55,116 bases of DNA from a virus (IMGVR_UViG_3300020325_000019:1-55116); one strand, 5' to 3'. Shown: positions 26,423 through 36,893, numbered from the stretch's first letter. The notes: generated by a model from the sequence alone, not told the origin. Numbers and translations: made by a program.

Positions 26423-29400
26423 GACATTCAGCTTAGATGAACAAAGAGTTGAGATAAATGAAATTGCACAGGACGTAGATAGTTTACCAAATCTAGGTTC
26501 TTTTTCTGTTACTACTAATTCGGTAGGTACAGCAGCATTATCTTATGATAATTCTACTGGAACTTTTAGTTACACTCCACCAGACCTCAGTTCGTATTTA
26601 ACTGCAACTGCAATATCAAATTCTGGTAATTGGGACGCAGCATATGGATGGGGCGATCATTCAACTCAAGGATATGCAACAGAATCCTGGGTAACTGCTA
26701 AATCATATTTACAAAATGGTGTTTTGGCATCTCCTCTCTATAGGAGTGGTGGTGATTTAGTAATCATTGCTGGTGGACCTCAAACTACAAGACCACACAT
26801 CCATTTAAAGAATTCAGCATCATCAAATTTAGAAATTCTTGGTTCTTCGGTTGGATCTGGTGGCATTCTTTTGAATTCCCGTGGTGCGTCAAATTCCGTA
26901 GAATTGCAACACAACAGTGTAAAAGTATTAGAAACTACTAGCACTGGAGTAAGTGTATCTGGCAATATCAATTCAACTGGTGCTCTCACTACTGGAAATA
27001 TAACATTCCCAACTGGTACTGGGTCTTCTGGTCAGGTACTGACGAGTGATGGTCTTGGTAGTGTTTATTGGAACACTGTTGCCACTAGCAGTGGTGGTGC
27101 TTCTGTAACTACATCCGATGCTGCTCCAACATCAGCTTCAGATGGAGATCTTTGGTGGGACAGTGTAAATGGTATTTTAAAGATTTACTATCAAGATGTA
27201 GATACATCACAATGGGTTGATGCAACTCCTTCTGTATCTGGTATTAACCTCACAGATTTTACAGTTAATACTGCACCGACAGGATCGTCATCACTAACAT
27301 ATGACAATACAACTGGTAACTTCACATATACCCCACCCGATCTTTCTGCTTATTTAACTTCAGAATCTGATCCTGTATTTTCAGCATCGGCATCTGCAGG
27401 TATTACAAACTCTGATATCAGTAATTGGAACACAGCGTATGGTTGGGGAAATCATGCTACTGCTGGTTATTTAACTGCTCTATCAATTGATCTTAATAAT
27501 CTTAATGATGTAGATCTAACTACACCACCCACGACAGGACAAGTTTTAAAATATGATGGAACTAATTGGATAGCAGGTGATGATAATTCTGGTGGTTCTT
27601 CATTAACAAAATATGAGGAAATTGGTCTTGAGAGTTGGACTAACTCACACAATTCATCAATTACATTCACTCAAGCATTAGATGATCCGAAGGGTAACGG
27701 AGACCAAGCAACATGGTTGCGAGCTTACTATAATGATATTGTTGTCGGTTCTACTACTTTCCCAAATGCTACAAAAACTCTTGTAGAAGTTGATACTGGT
27801 GGTCATAACGCAATTTCAGGTACATCAGCAGATGCTATTATACTTCAAGATGCAACTAGAACTGCATTTAATTCAAGTGCTGGATCTACTGCTATTACAA
27901 GTCAAACATTCCAAATCGTCCCTTCAAATGGTCATGTTTGGACTATTGATGGTACAACATATCCAGTCATGGGTGCTATCTATGTTCCAACAAGTTTAAC
28001 AGGTTCTGTTGATCTTGTAGTTGCATTTCATGGAACTCTTCCAGATGATGATCCTGATCCTGCCGCTGTTGCTACTCAGGCTGGTATTGGAGAACAAGCA
28101 CTGGCTTTTCTTAATAATGTTCTTATTGATCAAAATAAACTCAATTTAAGAGATAAGATTGTCTTTTCTGCTGCAATTCCACAAGATCACATTAGTAAGG
28201 TAAGACAATATAATCTAGATGGTGTTGGTAAAGAGGAAACGACATTCCTCATGGGAGATAACTTACCTTATGCTAGAGCAGCAGTTGCGTGGGGTCAAAA
28301 TTCCATATCTTCATGGTTGCTGGGTACTCATAACATCACTGTAAATAGAGCCAATACTTATATTTTCGGTCACTCTCAAGGTGGTGCCCTTGCCGCTAAG
28401 ATTAACACGCTACAAACTTACTATGGTGTTGTTGCAAACTCCCCTGGTCCTATTCAGTTTGACTTAGCTTGCACTGCAGATCCAGCTAATGATAGTTGTG
28501 CAAAAGTTGCTGTAATTCATGGTCCTGCTGGTAGCAGTGGTGGGATTCAATTAACAGATATCAGTAGTACAACTCTTCCTGTTGTTTCGGGCGTTGGTGG
28601 AGCATTATCTTACAATTCTTCCACAGGTGTTATTTCATACACACCGCCTGATCTTTCTCCATATGCTACACCATCTGATATTCCCCAAAATATTGGAGAA
28701 CTTCAAGATGTAAGTTCTTCTTCTCCATCCACAGGACAAGTATTGAAGTGGGACGGAAGTCAGTGGGCACCTGGAACTGATCTTACTACCAGTGGCGGTA
28801 GTGGTATTACACTATCAGATATTTCTGTTACTACAAATACTGCTGGTACGCCAGCACTATCATATAACAATACAACTGGTGTATTCAGTTATACTCCACC
28901 TACATTATTACAAAACATCGTTGATTCTGCACAAGGTGTTGATGTCACTGGTAGGGTTGCTGCCGAGGGTTTGAATCTTAGTACTGGTGGACAAATTAAT
29001 GCTGCAGGATGTTCAATTGATTTCCAAAGTTCTCTTATTAGTTTCAGTGGTGCAAGTATTAGTGGTTTGAGTGGTGAGATTCGTGACAATGTTGATCTCC
29101 ATTTGAATCAAACTGATGGAACTAACGTTTTACCGAGTGATGGACAAGTTTTAAGTTGGAATGCAACGGGCGGCGGAGCTGGCACTGGTGATTACGAATG
29201 GGTAGATCAAAGTGGTGGATCGACATATTCAAATAGTGATGTAGATTCTCATCTCAATATTTCTAATGCTAGTGCAGGAAAAGTTCTCGCGTGGAATGGT
29301 TCGGATTATACTTGGATTAATCAATCTAGTGGTGGTGGTGGAAGTAGTTCAACTGGATTGTTAACTTCACAACCAGCATCAGGATCTGAAGTAATATTTG

Positions 29401-32400
29401 CTGGCATTCCCGCAAATGCAACAGAAATTACAGTAATGCTTGGTGAAGTTGGACTTACTGATACTTCACAGCATTTACTAGTACAATTAGGAACAGCTTC
29501 TGGTTGGATTTCCTCTGGATATTATGCTTCTTCTGAAGCAGAAAATGGGACTTATGATGTTTCTAGCAGTTCTGGATTCCCAATCCATAACAGAAATAGT
29601 GTAACCAGTACTGGTAATCGTTTTACTGGTTCGATGATTATCAATCTGCTTCAAACGTCTCCATCTAGGGTGTATACGCAGATTGGACAATTCCATAGAT
29701 GGTCTAGCCTTTCTGATGGTACAGACGTTGGCAGTTCGTGCCAATCGTTTGGTGATGTGAAATCAATTTCTAGTGAAGCAGAAATAACTAGAGTAAGAGT
29801 CCTTGCCAACAATTCAGGTGGATCTCAAACTTTCACAACTGGCATCATCAATATTTCATATAAAACCGCTAGTTCCAGTTCAAGTGGAGGAAATAGTGGT
29901 ATCGCATTAACAGATCTTTCTGTTACGACTAATTCTCCTGGTACAGCAGGATTATCTTACAACGATTCATCAGGTGTATTCAGTTATACACCTCCACAAT
30001 TAACTGTATCTTCATTGACTGATGTATCATATAGTGTCATTGATACTGGTAGTGTTTTAACATATAATGGTAGTGGATGGACTGCTCTCGGTGTTCCCCG
30101 TGTATTAGGACAATTAAATAATGTTTCTTCTTCAGCACCATCAGATGGTGATGTTCTAACTTGGAATTCATCGTTGTCAACTTGGCAACCTGCTGCGCCA
30201 ACAACTGGTGGGTCAACTGGATCTGGAACAACACATGATTGGGCAAATGGTGTAGAAGCTTCTGGGTGGGCAGCGAGTGATCTTTCAAATTACATGTTTA
30301 ATGGTGGTTTGAATACATTTGCAAAAGCAGAAACTTCTGGTACAGATTACTTAGGATGGGATAATAGTGCCAACGGTGCAAATCTTCCTGTACTTAATGG
30401 TCCTGTAGAGATTTTTATTAGATATGCAGATGTTGGAAATTACACTTATGAAGTAAACGGTGTATCTGTTACTCCAGATTTAACTGGAGTAGATACAAAT
30501 GGTGATTGGATTACTCTTACTTCTGGAACTGCTGGTAGTTTTAGAGTTACAGCTCCATCAACTTCAGTTAATGTCTCAATTGCTGCTGTTAAATCAAATG
30601 GATTAGTATTAACTCCAACTGCACTATATGGTGGCAGTACTGGAGGTGGTGATACCTTTAATTTAGATGCAAACTTAAACACTCCTAGTGCATCTGCAGG
30701 TGAAATTCTCAGTTGGAATGGCACTGATTATGAATGGGTTGCTGATCAAACTGGTTCCAGTGGTATAGCACTGACAGATCTCTCAGTTGTAACTAATTCT
30801 GCTGGTACTGCCGCTTTAACGTATAATGATAGTAGTGGTCAGTTCTCTTACACACCACCAGATCTTTCTGGATATTCTACATTCTCTGGATCTTATAACG
30901 ATCTATCTAATAAACCAACAATTCCAACAGCAACAAGTCAATTAACTAATGACTCTGGATTTATTACATCAGCGCCATCAGTTAATAATATAGATTTACC
31001 AGATGCATCTGGATCGTTTGCTAGTGGAGAAGGATATGCAACTTTTGGTGATAGTGACGACCTGCAGATTTATTATGATGGAACGAATGATAGATCTAAA
31101 ATTACTTCACTCAATAAATTAGATATCAGGGGATCGGAAATCTATCTTTGGGATGGAACAGATACATTTATATCGACGCTTTCAACTGGAGTTAGAATTA
31201 ACCATACTAATGATCCAGATAATACTCCGCTAAGATTCCTCACGTATGATGGTGGAACTAATCTTTATAGAGATTTAAATGTTAGAGATGCTTCGGGCAA
31301 TTTTGTCTTTGGTGTTGATACTTCTAACGACGCAACTCTTACTGAAGGAGATGCTTTTGTTACTGGAACTGTAAAAATAGGTGGAAGTGATCCTATTATT
31401 GCTGGACGTGGTAATAGTCAAGTTGCATCCAATACCGCTTTTGGTGCATATGCGTTAAATGCTAATACCGCTACTGGAACTGAAAATACTTCTGTTGGAT
31501 ATTATTCCATGTCGAATAATACCAGTGGTAAGCAAAACACTGGTATAGGTGTATCTGCTTTGGGATCAACCACCATAGGAGATGCTAATACTACTCTTGG
31601 ATATGCAGCTGCATATACAAATGTAGGTGGTAGTAAATTAACTGCAATTGGTGCTTATTCCCAAAGATATGCTGATAGCAGTGATGCAGCAATCGACAAA
31701 ACTAATGTTTCTGTTGGATTCAATTCATTAAAAGGTAGTGTCAATCCAGCTTCTAATACAGGAAATGACAATACTGCTATTGGTACATATGCTTTACAAG
31801 GAACTACTTCTGGTGATGGTAATACAGCATTAGGAACAGGAACTTTATACAATAATACTGAAGCCAATTATAATACTGCTATTGGATATTATTCCCTTTT
31901 CAATGCAACTACTGGCGCAAATAATATAGCTGTTGGAAAACAAGCATTATACAATCTTAATACGGGAGAAGGAAATATAGCTATCGGTTTTGAAACTGCT
32001 GCTCAAACCACTACTGGACTTGGTAATATAGCGATTGGAAACGATGCCCTTAAAATAAACACGGAGGGTAGTTGGAATATTGCTATTGGATATCAAGCTC
32101 TAGAAGGTCAAGGTCAGTTTATATTCCAAAATAATGTTGCAATTGGTACTCAAGCATTACAAACTTGTTTCTCTGATCAAAATGTTGCTGTTGGACCATA
32201 TGCTCTAGCAAATCTGTCAGGACCGCCAGAAGGGGGTCCTGGATGGAATACTGCCGTAGGTTATGCTGCCAATGGAGGCAGTTCGGGTGTAGGAAATAAT
32301 ACTGCTATTGGTGCATATGCTGGATATTATGGTTGGAATGGAACAGCGCAAACCCAAAATCCCAATCATCAAAATGTTACCAACCTAGGATTCAATTCAT

Positions 32401-32864
32401 CCTGTAGTGGAAGTGATCAAGTCAATCTTGGAGCAACACTTACTACAACTTATGCCTGGGGAGCTGTTCAAAATAGATCAGATGAGAGAGATAAAGCAGA
32501 TATTCGTGATACAACCTTAGGATTAGATTTTATTAAATCATTGCGTCCTGTTGATTTCCGTTGGGATTATAGAGATGATTACTTTGATTATGATCCAGAA
32601 ACTAATGAAAGAACTGCTGTAACCAAAGATGGTAGTCGTAAGCGTAATCGTTATCATCATGGTTTGATTGCCCAGGAAGTAAAATCAGCATCTGATTCAT
32701 TGGGTATTGATTTTGCTGGATATCAAGATCATAAAGTAAATGGTGGTGGGGATGTATTATCAATTGGTTATACTGAGCTCATTGCACCAATCATTAAGGC
32801 GATGCAGGAACTGGCAGCAGAAAACGCTCAATTAAAAGCAAGATTAGATGCAGCTGGTCTATGA
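26400..32864 (+). CDS. mosaic tail fibre (2154 aa) with C-terminal peptidase S74 intramolecular chaperone
   Basis: Six LSY(D/N)xxTGxFSYTPP repeats, GQVLKWDG-type repeats, N(T/I)A(I/V)G..AL repeats, and C-terminal RSDERDKADIRD..LGLDFI..LRPV...GLIAQEV...Y.ELIAPIIKAMQEL; an internal GHSQGG hydrolase-like segment. Confidence 0.88.
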   Translation: MVLRNVAKTFSLDEQRVEINEIAQDVDSLPNLGSFSVTTNSVGTAALSYDNSTGTFSYTPPDLSSYLTATAISNSGNWDAAYGWGDHSTQGYATESWVTAKSYLQNGVLASPLYRSGGDLVIIAGGPQTTRPHIHLKNSASSNLEILGSSVGSGGILLNSRGASNSVELQHNSVKVLETTSTGVSVSGNINSTGALTTGNITFPTGTGSSGQVLTSDGLGSVYWNTVATSSGGASVTTSDAAPTSASDGDLWWDSVNGILKIYYQDVDTSQWVDATPSVSGINLTDFTVNTAPTGSSSLTYDNTTGNFTYTPPDLSAYLTSESDPVFSASASAGITNSDISNWNTAYGWGNHATAGYLTALSIDLNNLNDVDLTTPPTTGQVLKYDGTNWIAGDDNSGGSSLTKYEEIGLESWTNSHNSSITFTQALDDPKGNGDQATWLRAYYNDIVVGSTTFPNATKTLVEVDTGGHNAISGTSADAIILQDATRTAFNSSAGSTAITSQTFQIVPSNGHVWTIDGTTYPVMGAIYVPTSLTGSVDLVVAFHGTLPDDDPDPAAVATQAGIGEQALAFLNNVLIDQNKLNLRDKIVFSAAIPQDHISKVRQYNLDGVGKEETTFLMGDNLPYARAAVAWGQNSISSWLLGTHNITVNRANTYIFGHSQGGALAAKINTLQTYYGVVANSPGPIQFDLACTADPANDSCAKVAVIHGPAGSSGGIQLTDISSTTLPVVSGVGGALSYNSSTGVISYTPPDLSPYATPSDIPQNIGELQDVSSSSPSTGQVLKWDGSQWAPGTDLTTSGGSGITLSDISVTTNTAGTPALSYNNTTGVFSYTPPTLLQNIVDSAQGVDVTGRVAAEGLNLSTGGQINAAGCSIDFQSSLISFSGASISGLSGEIRDNVDLHLNQTDGTNVLPSDGQVLSWNATGGGAGTGDYEWVDQSGGSTYSNSDVDSHLNISNASAGKVLAWNGSDYTWINQSSGGGGSSSTGLLTSQPASGSEVIFAGIPANATEITVMLGEVGLTDTSQHLLVQLGTASGWISSGYYASSEAENGTYDVSSSSGFPIHNRNSVTSTGNRFTGSMIINLLQTSPSRVYTQIGQFHRWSSLSDGTDVGSSCQSFGDVKSISSEAEITRVRVLANNSGGSQTFTTGIINISYKTASSSSSGGNSGIALTDLSVTTNSPGTAGLSYNDSSGVFSYTPPQLTVSSLTDVSYSVIDTGSVLTYNGSGWTALGVPRVLGQLNNVSSSAPSDGDVLTWNSSLSTWQPAAPTTGGSTGSGTTHDWANGVEASGWAASDLSNYMFNGGLNTFAKAETSGTDYLGWDNSANGANLPVLNGPVEIFIRYADVGNYTYEVNGVSVTPDLTGVDTNGDWITLTSGTAGSFRVTAPSTSVNVSIAAVKSNGLVLTPTALYGGSTGGGDTFNLDANLNTPSASAGEILSWNGTDYEWVADQTGSSGIALTDLSVVTNSAGTAALTYNDSSGQFSYTPPDLSGYSTFSGSYNDLSNKPTIPTATSQLTNDSGFITSAPSVNNIDLPDASGSFASGEGYATFGDSDDLQIYYDGTNDRSKITSLNKLDIRGSEIYLWDGTDTFISTLSTGVRINHTNDPDNTPLRFLTYDGGTNLYRDLNVRDASGNFVFGVDTSNDATLTEGDAFVTGTVKIGGSDPIIAGRGNSQVASNTAFGAYALNANTATGTENTSVGYYSMSNNTSGKQNTGIGVSALGSTTIGDANTTLGYAAAYTNVGGSKLTAIGAYSQRYADSSDAAIDKTNVSVGFNSLKGSVNPASNTGNDNTAIGTYALQGTTSGDGNTALGTGTLYNNTEANYNTAIGYYSLFNATTGANNIAVGKQALYNLNTGEGNIAIGFETAAQTTTGLGNIAIGNDALKINTEGSWNIAIGYQALEGQGQFIFQNNVAIGTQALQTCFSDQNVAVGPYALANLSGPPEGGPGWNTAVGYAANGGSSGVGNNTAIGAYAGYYGWNGTAQTQNPNHQNVTNLGFNSSCSGSDQVNLGATLTTTYAWGAVQNRSDERDKADIRDTTLGLDFIKSLRPVDFRWDYRDDYFDYDPETNERTAVTKDGSRKRNRYHHGLIAQEVKSASDSLGIDFAGYQDHKVNGGGDVLSIGYTELIAPIIKAMQELAAENAQLKARLDAAGL

Positions 32865-32867
32865 CTT

Positions 32868-32875
32868 AATAAATA
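32868..32875 (+). promoter_or_regulatory. late promoter variant (AATAAATA)
   Basis: Intergenic; followed by SD AGGAG and ATG 32900. Confidence 0.6.
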
Positions 32876-32899
32876 ACACGGAAGGAGCACTCTAAACAA

Positions 32900-35443
32900 A
32901 TGGCAATTAATTTCCCTTCAACCACGGGACAAGCAACTGATGGAACTTTTACACATACAGTTGGCGGTGTAATTTACAGATGGAATGGAGTTAGTTGGAG
33001 TGCTACTTCTAGTAGTAGTAGTGGAGGTGGTGGAGGAGGATCCTCTTATTCAGATAATGCAGTAGATACACACTTAAATACTGCATCTGCTAGTGCTGGC
33101 GAAATTTTATCTTGGAATGGCACTGATTATGCATGGGTTACTGATCAATCAGGATCTGGTAGTGGTGGATCTGATCCTCAAGTTTATAATTTGACGGTAG
33201 ATGTATCAAACTCAGCATATTTTGCGATACTTGGTGAGGATAGATTGGGTGGTGTTAGTGGTAATAATCCAACCATCACTATGAATGAAGGTGATACAGT
33301 TAAATTCGCCGTAAATAATCAGGGAACCAATCACACATTTGATATTAGAGTAAGTGATGGTGGTAGTGAGGTTAGTAATCCATCTCCAACTGTAACTAGT
33401 TGGTCAGATGGAGATTATGTGTCATGGACACCGACAACATCTGGAGGCGGATCTGCTGGAACATATGTTTATGATTGTGATAACCACGCTGCAATGGGTG
33501 GAACAATTTTAGTTCGTGCTAGAAATACTATTAATGAATTTGATACTCTTGATACTGTAACTGGCAGGGGTGCTCAAACTAATAATAAGATCACTTTGGG
33601 TGATGCTGGTAACGGCGGCGAATTTGATATTTCTGTTGGAACTGGCAACTACCTCAAAGTTTTTGGTGGAAGTAATGAAGTATATTTCAGAAACGTTGAT
33701 GGTAATGGTGGCGGTGGAACTATTAATATTCAAGGTCGTAGTGGTGTGGCATTATGGCAAGACACTGGTAATTTAGGTCTCAACGTTGATTCTAATTGCG
33801 CTGTACAGCTATACTATCAAACTTCAGAAAAACTATCCACAGTAAGTGATGGCATAACTATAACTGGTAATATTAATGGACATGCAGTGCCAACGTCGGC
33901 AACTGCTGCAAGTACATTTGCATTAACAAGTGATATACCTACAGATAACAATCAACTGACTAACGGTGCTGGATATCTAACATCAGTTACTGCATCTGAT
34001 TTCAACAACGTTTCAATTAATGATCTATCTGATGTAACCGCCTCACTACCTATACAATATCAACTGCTTTCATATAATGGATCTACTTGGGTAAACACAT
34101 ATCCAAGTATTCAACACCTCACTGATGTAAGGTCGGACGCTAATCCACAAAATGGAGATATTTTACAGTGGGTTTCTACAGATAGTCGTTACGAGTATGT
34201 AAGTCCATCAACAATAGTTACATCAACTTTAACTGGTACTGGAAATCCTTCTTCAGGAGAACTTTTAAGTTGGAATGGAACTGATTATGAATGGGTTGTT
34301 AATGGATCATATGCTGATAGTGATGTAGATGCTCATCTCAATGTCAGTGGAGTTGCTGCTGGTAAAATTTTAAGTTGGAATGGAACTGATTATGCTTGGG
34401 TCGATGATCAATCATCCCCATCAACTGGTTCTATTTTTGCCTTCACAACCCATTCAGGAAATGGATCTAATTATGAAATTAGTGGAACTGATCGCCTTAC
34501 AACATACACTAACGAAGATGATCCTGCAATAACAATTAAAGTAGGAGATACACTTACATTCGATAATAGCAGTTTGGGTGGTGGTCACCCAATGTATATT
34601 AGAGTAAGTGCTGGTGGTGCTAGTGTAACAAACCCTGCTGCTATTGGAGAAGGAACGGATAATGTGTCATGGACACCAGGAAGTGCTGGCACATTTTACT
34701 ACCAATGTGGCATCGTCAGTCATGCAGGTATGATTGGAACAATTACCGTTCAACCTTCAGATACAGAATATGATACTCTAGGAACTGTTACTTCTAGAGG
34801 TGCTACCACTACTACTGCACTAACAGTTGGTGGCATTTCTATTGGTGATGATACTGATGGCACTAAATCAAAGAGTATAAAACTAGGTGATGACGATGAT
34901 CTAACTCTTTATTATGATGGACGTGCAGGTTATGTAACTTCATATATTGAATCTGATGCACTAATTATCAGAACAAAAACCACCCCCAATGAAGATTACA
35001 TTACATGTCTTGAAGGTGGACCTGTAGAACTTTTTTACGATGGCAGTAAAAAATTAGCAACTAATAATACTGGTGCATCGGTTTTAGGAAATCTTGATGT
35101 TTCTGGTTCTATATCTGATGTAATGGGTCCATTAAGACAGTTGGGGAGCAACACTCAGACAGGATCTTATACATTGATTGCTTCTGACGCTGGTAAATAT
35201 GTATTGAATAACAGCAGTGGAACTACCTATACTATTCCAGCATCAGTATTCTCTTCTGGTGATATGATTACTATTGTCAACCACTCTGCATCTGATGTCG
35301 CGATAACACAAGGTACTAGTATGAATTTGTATCTACCATCAGACGGTTCTACTGGAAACAGAACATTATCAGCAAGGGGTATTTGTACAATACTCTACAT
35401 TGCTCAAGATTCTGCATACATTAGTGGTATGGGGTTAGTCTGA
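32900..35443 (+). CDS. tail fibre-like protein (847 aa) with two cupredoxin-like domains
   Basis: N-terminal MAINFP...YRWNGVSW module; LSWNGTDY repeats shared with the upstream fibre; two H...C-x(2-4)-H-x2-M-x-G-T-I domains; DTLxTVTxRG repeats. Confidence 0.8.
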   Translation: MAINFPSTTGQATDGTFTHTVGGVIYRWNGVSWSATSSSSSGGGGGGSSYSDNAVDTHLNTASASAGEILSWNGTDYAWVTDQSGSGSGGSDPQVYNLTVDVSNSAYFAILGEDRLGGVSGNNPTITMNEGDTVKFAVNNQGTNHTFDIRVSDGGSEVSNPSPTVTSWSDGDYVSWTPTTSGGGSAGTYVYDCDNHAAMGGTILVRARNTINEFDTLDTVTGRGAQTNNKITLGDAGNGGEFDISVGTGNYLKVFGGSNEVYFRNVDGNGGGGTINIQGRSGVALWQDTGNLGLNVDSNCAVQLYYQTSEKLSTVSDGITITGNINGHAVPTSATAASTFALTSDIPTDNNQLTNGAGYLTSVTASDFNNVSINDLSDVTASLPIQYQLLSYNGSTWVNTYPSIQHLTDVRSDANPQNGDILQWVSTDSRYEYVSPSTIVTSTLTGTGNPSSGELLSWNGTDYEWVVNGSYADSDVDAHLNVSGVAAGKILSWNGTDYAWVDDQSSPSTGSIFAFTTHSGNGSNYEISGTDRLTTYTNEDDPAITIKVGDTLTFDNSSLGGGHPMYIRVSAGGASVTNPAAIGEGTDNVSWTPGSAGTFYYQCGIVSHAGMIGTITVQPSDTEYDTLGTVTSRGATTTTALTVGGISIGDDTDGTKSKSIKLGDDDDLTLYYDGRAGYVTSYIESDALIIRTKTTPNEDYITCLEGGPVELFYDGSKKLATNNTGASVLGNLDVSGSISDVMGPLRQLGSNTQTGSYTLIASDAGKYVLNNSSGTTYTIPASVFSSGDMITIVNHSASDVAITQGTSMNLYLPSDGSTGNRTLSARGICTILYIAQDSAYISGMGLV

Positions 35444-35444
35444 T

Positions 35445-36893
35445 ATGATGCAACAAATGTTACTCGGTGGTTCTGGTGAACCGCCAATAGGTTCCTGGGT
35501 TCCTAGTCAAGGGGGATATTTTGCAGGAATACTTACAACACAAACAGAATCATTCACTAATTTAGATCCAGCAGGAACTGAGTATTACATATACATTGCA
35601 GAAAAATCTGTTTCGCAATCATCAGGTCAATATAAAACCTCAGCATCATGCGATGGAAGTCACACATATCCAGGAGTTACGCTAGCTCCAAATGCATCAT
35701 ATGATGGATATTTCAACACTTATGAAAGTAATGTAGGAACAAGTACTAGTCACCCTGTTTTTCAAACCGTTCAAGCACTATCAATTACTGTAAATGGAAC
35801 TGTCTTTGATGATTGGTATATTCCAGCTCATCAAGAAGCGGGCATAGTGTATGGAAATTTAGAAAATGCTCCTGGGTGGCAGAGTAGTTCTCAAGCATTT
35901 GATACTAGTAGTGCAGGAACTACAAATGGCATTGGAGAACTTTGGACAAGTAGTGGAGATTCTTGCAATAATACTGGTGTTTTAACTTCTGCTGGAAAAT
36001 GGTTTCCTAACAATGGTATTGTATATGGATACCCTAAAAACGATACTGCTAGTATCAGACCAGTACGTAGAGTTCCATTAGTACCTACTCAGGATGGACC
36101 TACAGGTCAAACAGAATATACAAATGCTGGTACTTACAGTTGGACTGCTCCTGCGGGAGTAACATCAGTTTGTGTTGTTTGTGTTGGTGGTGGAGGACAT
36201 GGATATGATCAGAATGAATCGGGATCTACAGGATCTAATGTCCCTGGCGGTGGCGGAGGATTAGGATGGAAAAATGACATTACAGTAGTTCCTGGTCAAT
36301 CTTATACAGTAAAAGTAGGTGGCGAAAGTTATGATAACTTAGGAATTCCTGGATCAGCTACACCTGGGGCTGGTGGCGGAACTTCGTATTTTATTGATGA
36401 CACAACTGTCTATGGTGGTGGCGGTGGTGTTCTCAATTATACTGGTGGTGAATACTTAGGAGATGGTGGTGGTCGTGGCGGTGGCGGCACTTGCTGGGGT
36501 GGATGTGGAGCAGGCGGATATTCTGGAAATGGTGGTATTGGTGGATATAGCACTAATGCTGCTGGCAACGGTGCTGGCGGCGGTGGCGGCGGCGGAGGCG
36601 GTGCGAACTTCCCTGCTGGCGGTGGCGGTGGTGTAGGAATTTATGGTCAGGGTGCCAATGGTGCTGGTGCGGGAACAACTCAAGGTGGTGGCGGTGGTTC
36701 TAATGGAACTAACGGAACTGCAGGAGATGGATCGTATGGCAACAATAGAGGTAATGGTGGTAATTATGGAGGCGGCGGCGGATGTGGAGGTTCAGGAACT
36801 CTCGGTAGTGGTGGAATTGGTGGCGGCGGTGCCGTAAGAATTATCTGGGGTCCTAATAGAGGATTCCCCAATTTCAATACAGGTAATCTATAA
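35445..36893 (+). CDS. putative fibre-tip adhesin: DUF1566/Lcl-C-like domain plus glycine-rich domain (482 aa)
   Basis: GGYFAG...DG..NT...DDWYIPA..E...WTSS...K......IRPVRR, then YSWTAPAGVTSVCVVCVGGGG and polyglycine tracts ending GAVRIIWG. Confidence 0.72.
   Translation: MMQQMLLGGSGEPPIGSWVPSQGGYFAGILTTQTESFTNLDPAGTEYYIYIAEKSVSQSSGQYKTSASCDGSHTYPGVTLAPNASYDGYFNTYESNVGTSTSHPVFQTVQALSITVNGTVFDDWYIPAHQEAGIVYGNLENAPGWQSSSQAFDTSSAGTTNGIGELWTSSGDSCNNTGVLTSAGKWFPNNGIVYGYPKNDTASIRPVRRVPLVPTQDGPTGQTEYTNAGTYSWTAPAGVTSVCVVCVGGGGHGYDQNESGSTGSNVPGGGGGLGWKNDITVVPGQSYTVKVGGESYDNLGIPGSATPGAGGGTSYFIDDTTVYGGGGGVLNYTGGEYLGDGGGRGGGGTCWGGCGAGGYSGNGGIGGYSTNAAGNGAGGGGGGGGGANFPAGGGGGVGIYGQGANGAGAGTTQGGGGGSNGTNGTAGDGSYGNNRGNGGNYGGGGGCGGSGTLGSGGIGGGGAVRIIWGPNRGFPNFNTGNL

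Noticed and set aside
35930-36075. Active diversity-generating retroelement targeting the DUF1566-like domain
   Set aside because: No reverse transcriptase and no template-repeat copy seen in the window.
36400-36840. GGC/GGT runs here and at 53200-53860 as microsatellites or contingency loci
   Set aside because: They encode polyglycine with mixed synonymous codons; no pure long tract.
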